Source: a virus
Reading direction: 5' to 3' (one strand)
IMG/VR virus record: IMGVR_UViG_3300033549_000069
Span: 1-24,827 of that record
Length of the DNA: 24,827 nucleotides
Below the pieces are notes generated by a model. That model worked only from the letters and a program-made list of their open reading frames with translations. It had not been told where the DNA came from and did no database searches. Made by a program: the position numbers and the translations under genes. Shown piece by piece: positions 24,478-24,827 of the stretch (position 1 is the first letter of the stretch; each line of letters starts with the position of its first letter).

Positions 24478-24825
24478 TTAGGACGCGCTAGGACGCGCTA
24501 GGCACTCGTCAACAAGCATTGCCCCTACATCCCATACTCCACTCTGAGTAGGCACCAGAATGCGCGCTAGATAGCTTCCATATGGGTCATGTGGATTGCG
24601 CACCGTGAGGACATACACCTTGCCGTTTATGGTCTGGTTGAGGATCTCACGCAATCGAGTCCTGGCACGTTGCCTGTGTTGCGGATATGCCATGTGACTC
24701 ACAGACAAATCGACTCCAAACAGGAAAAAACGGTCTGTCTTCGTGACTCCTAGCCCGAGATCAACCGCCAATTCCACCATGTACTCGTCGATGACCGACA
24801 CCACACGCGCCTGGTAGTCAAACAT
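24478..24825 (-). CDS. Thermonuclease (SNase)-like protein with degenerate active site
   Basis: Y.A.V..VID....L.VDLG....R..L.GVD...YG.YLA.I; DGDT replaced by DEYM and YGR by YGS. Confidence 0.7.
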   Translation of the reverse strand: MFDYQARVVSVIDEYMVELAVDLGLGVTKTDRFFLFGVDLSVSHMAYPQHRQRARTRLREILNQTINGKVYVLTVRNPHDPYGSYLARILVPTQSGVWDVGAMLVDECLARPSAS

Positions 24826-24827
24826 CG

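Noticed and set aside
24479-24502. TAGGACGCGC duplication at the end of the SNase-like gene
   Set aside because: Only two copies; likely local slippage with no evident function.

Overview
A gene-dense, GC-rich segment of a bacteriophage or prophage, probably a large tailed phage. Almost every gene is on the minus strand, and many are coupled by ATGA-type overlaps. The left part (1-12.2 kb) looks early/accessory: a phage Dam-family methyltransferase, two BRO/antirepressor proteins, a structured non-coding region of about 770 bp, and an array of small genes built from shuffled modules. The right part (12.4-24.8 kb) holds the most striking signal. A 10-residue peptide, MRSLIRRLEE and variants, occurs 12 times in near-consensus form plus a few degenerate copies. 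It sits either at the N-terminus or between domains of otherwise unrelated proteins. Its pattern matches the T4 internal-protein capsid-targeting sequence ending in an (I/L)-X-E prohead protease site. I infer a cluster of head-packaged, proteolytically released, injected effectors: two lethal-factor-like zincins, a candidate ADP-ribosyltransferase, a catalytically dead ComM/YifB-like fragment and several unknown domains. speD and a degenerate thermonuclease lie in the same cluster. A palindrome, CGAAC-N4-GTTCG (LexA/Cheo-box-like), recurs six times, always intergenic. All family assignments come from recognising motifs by eye; no searches were run.
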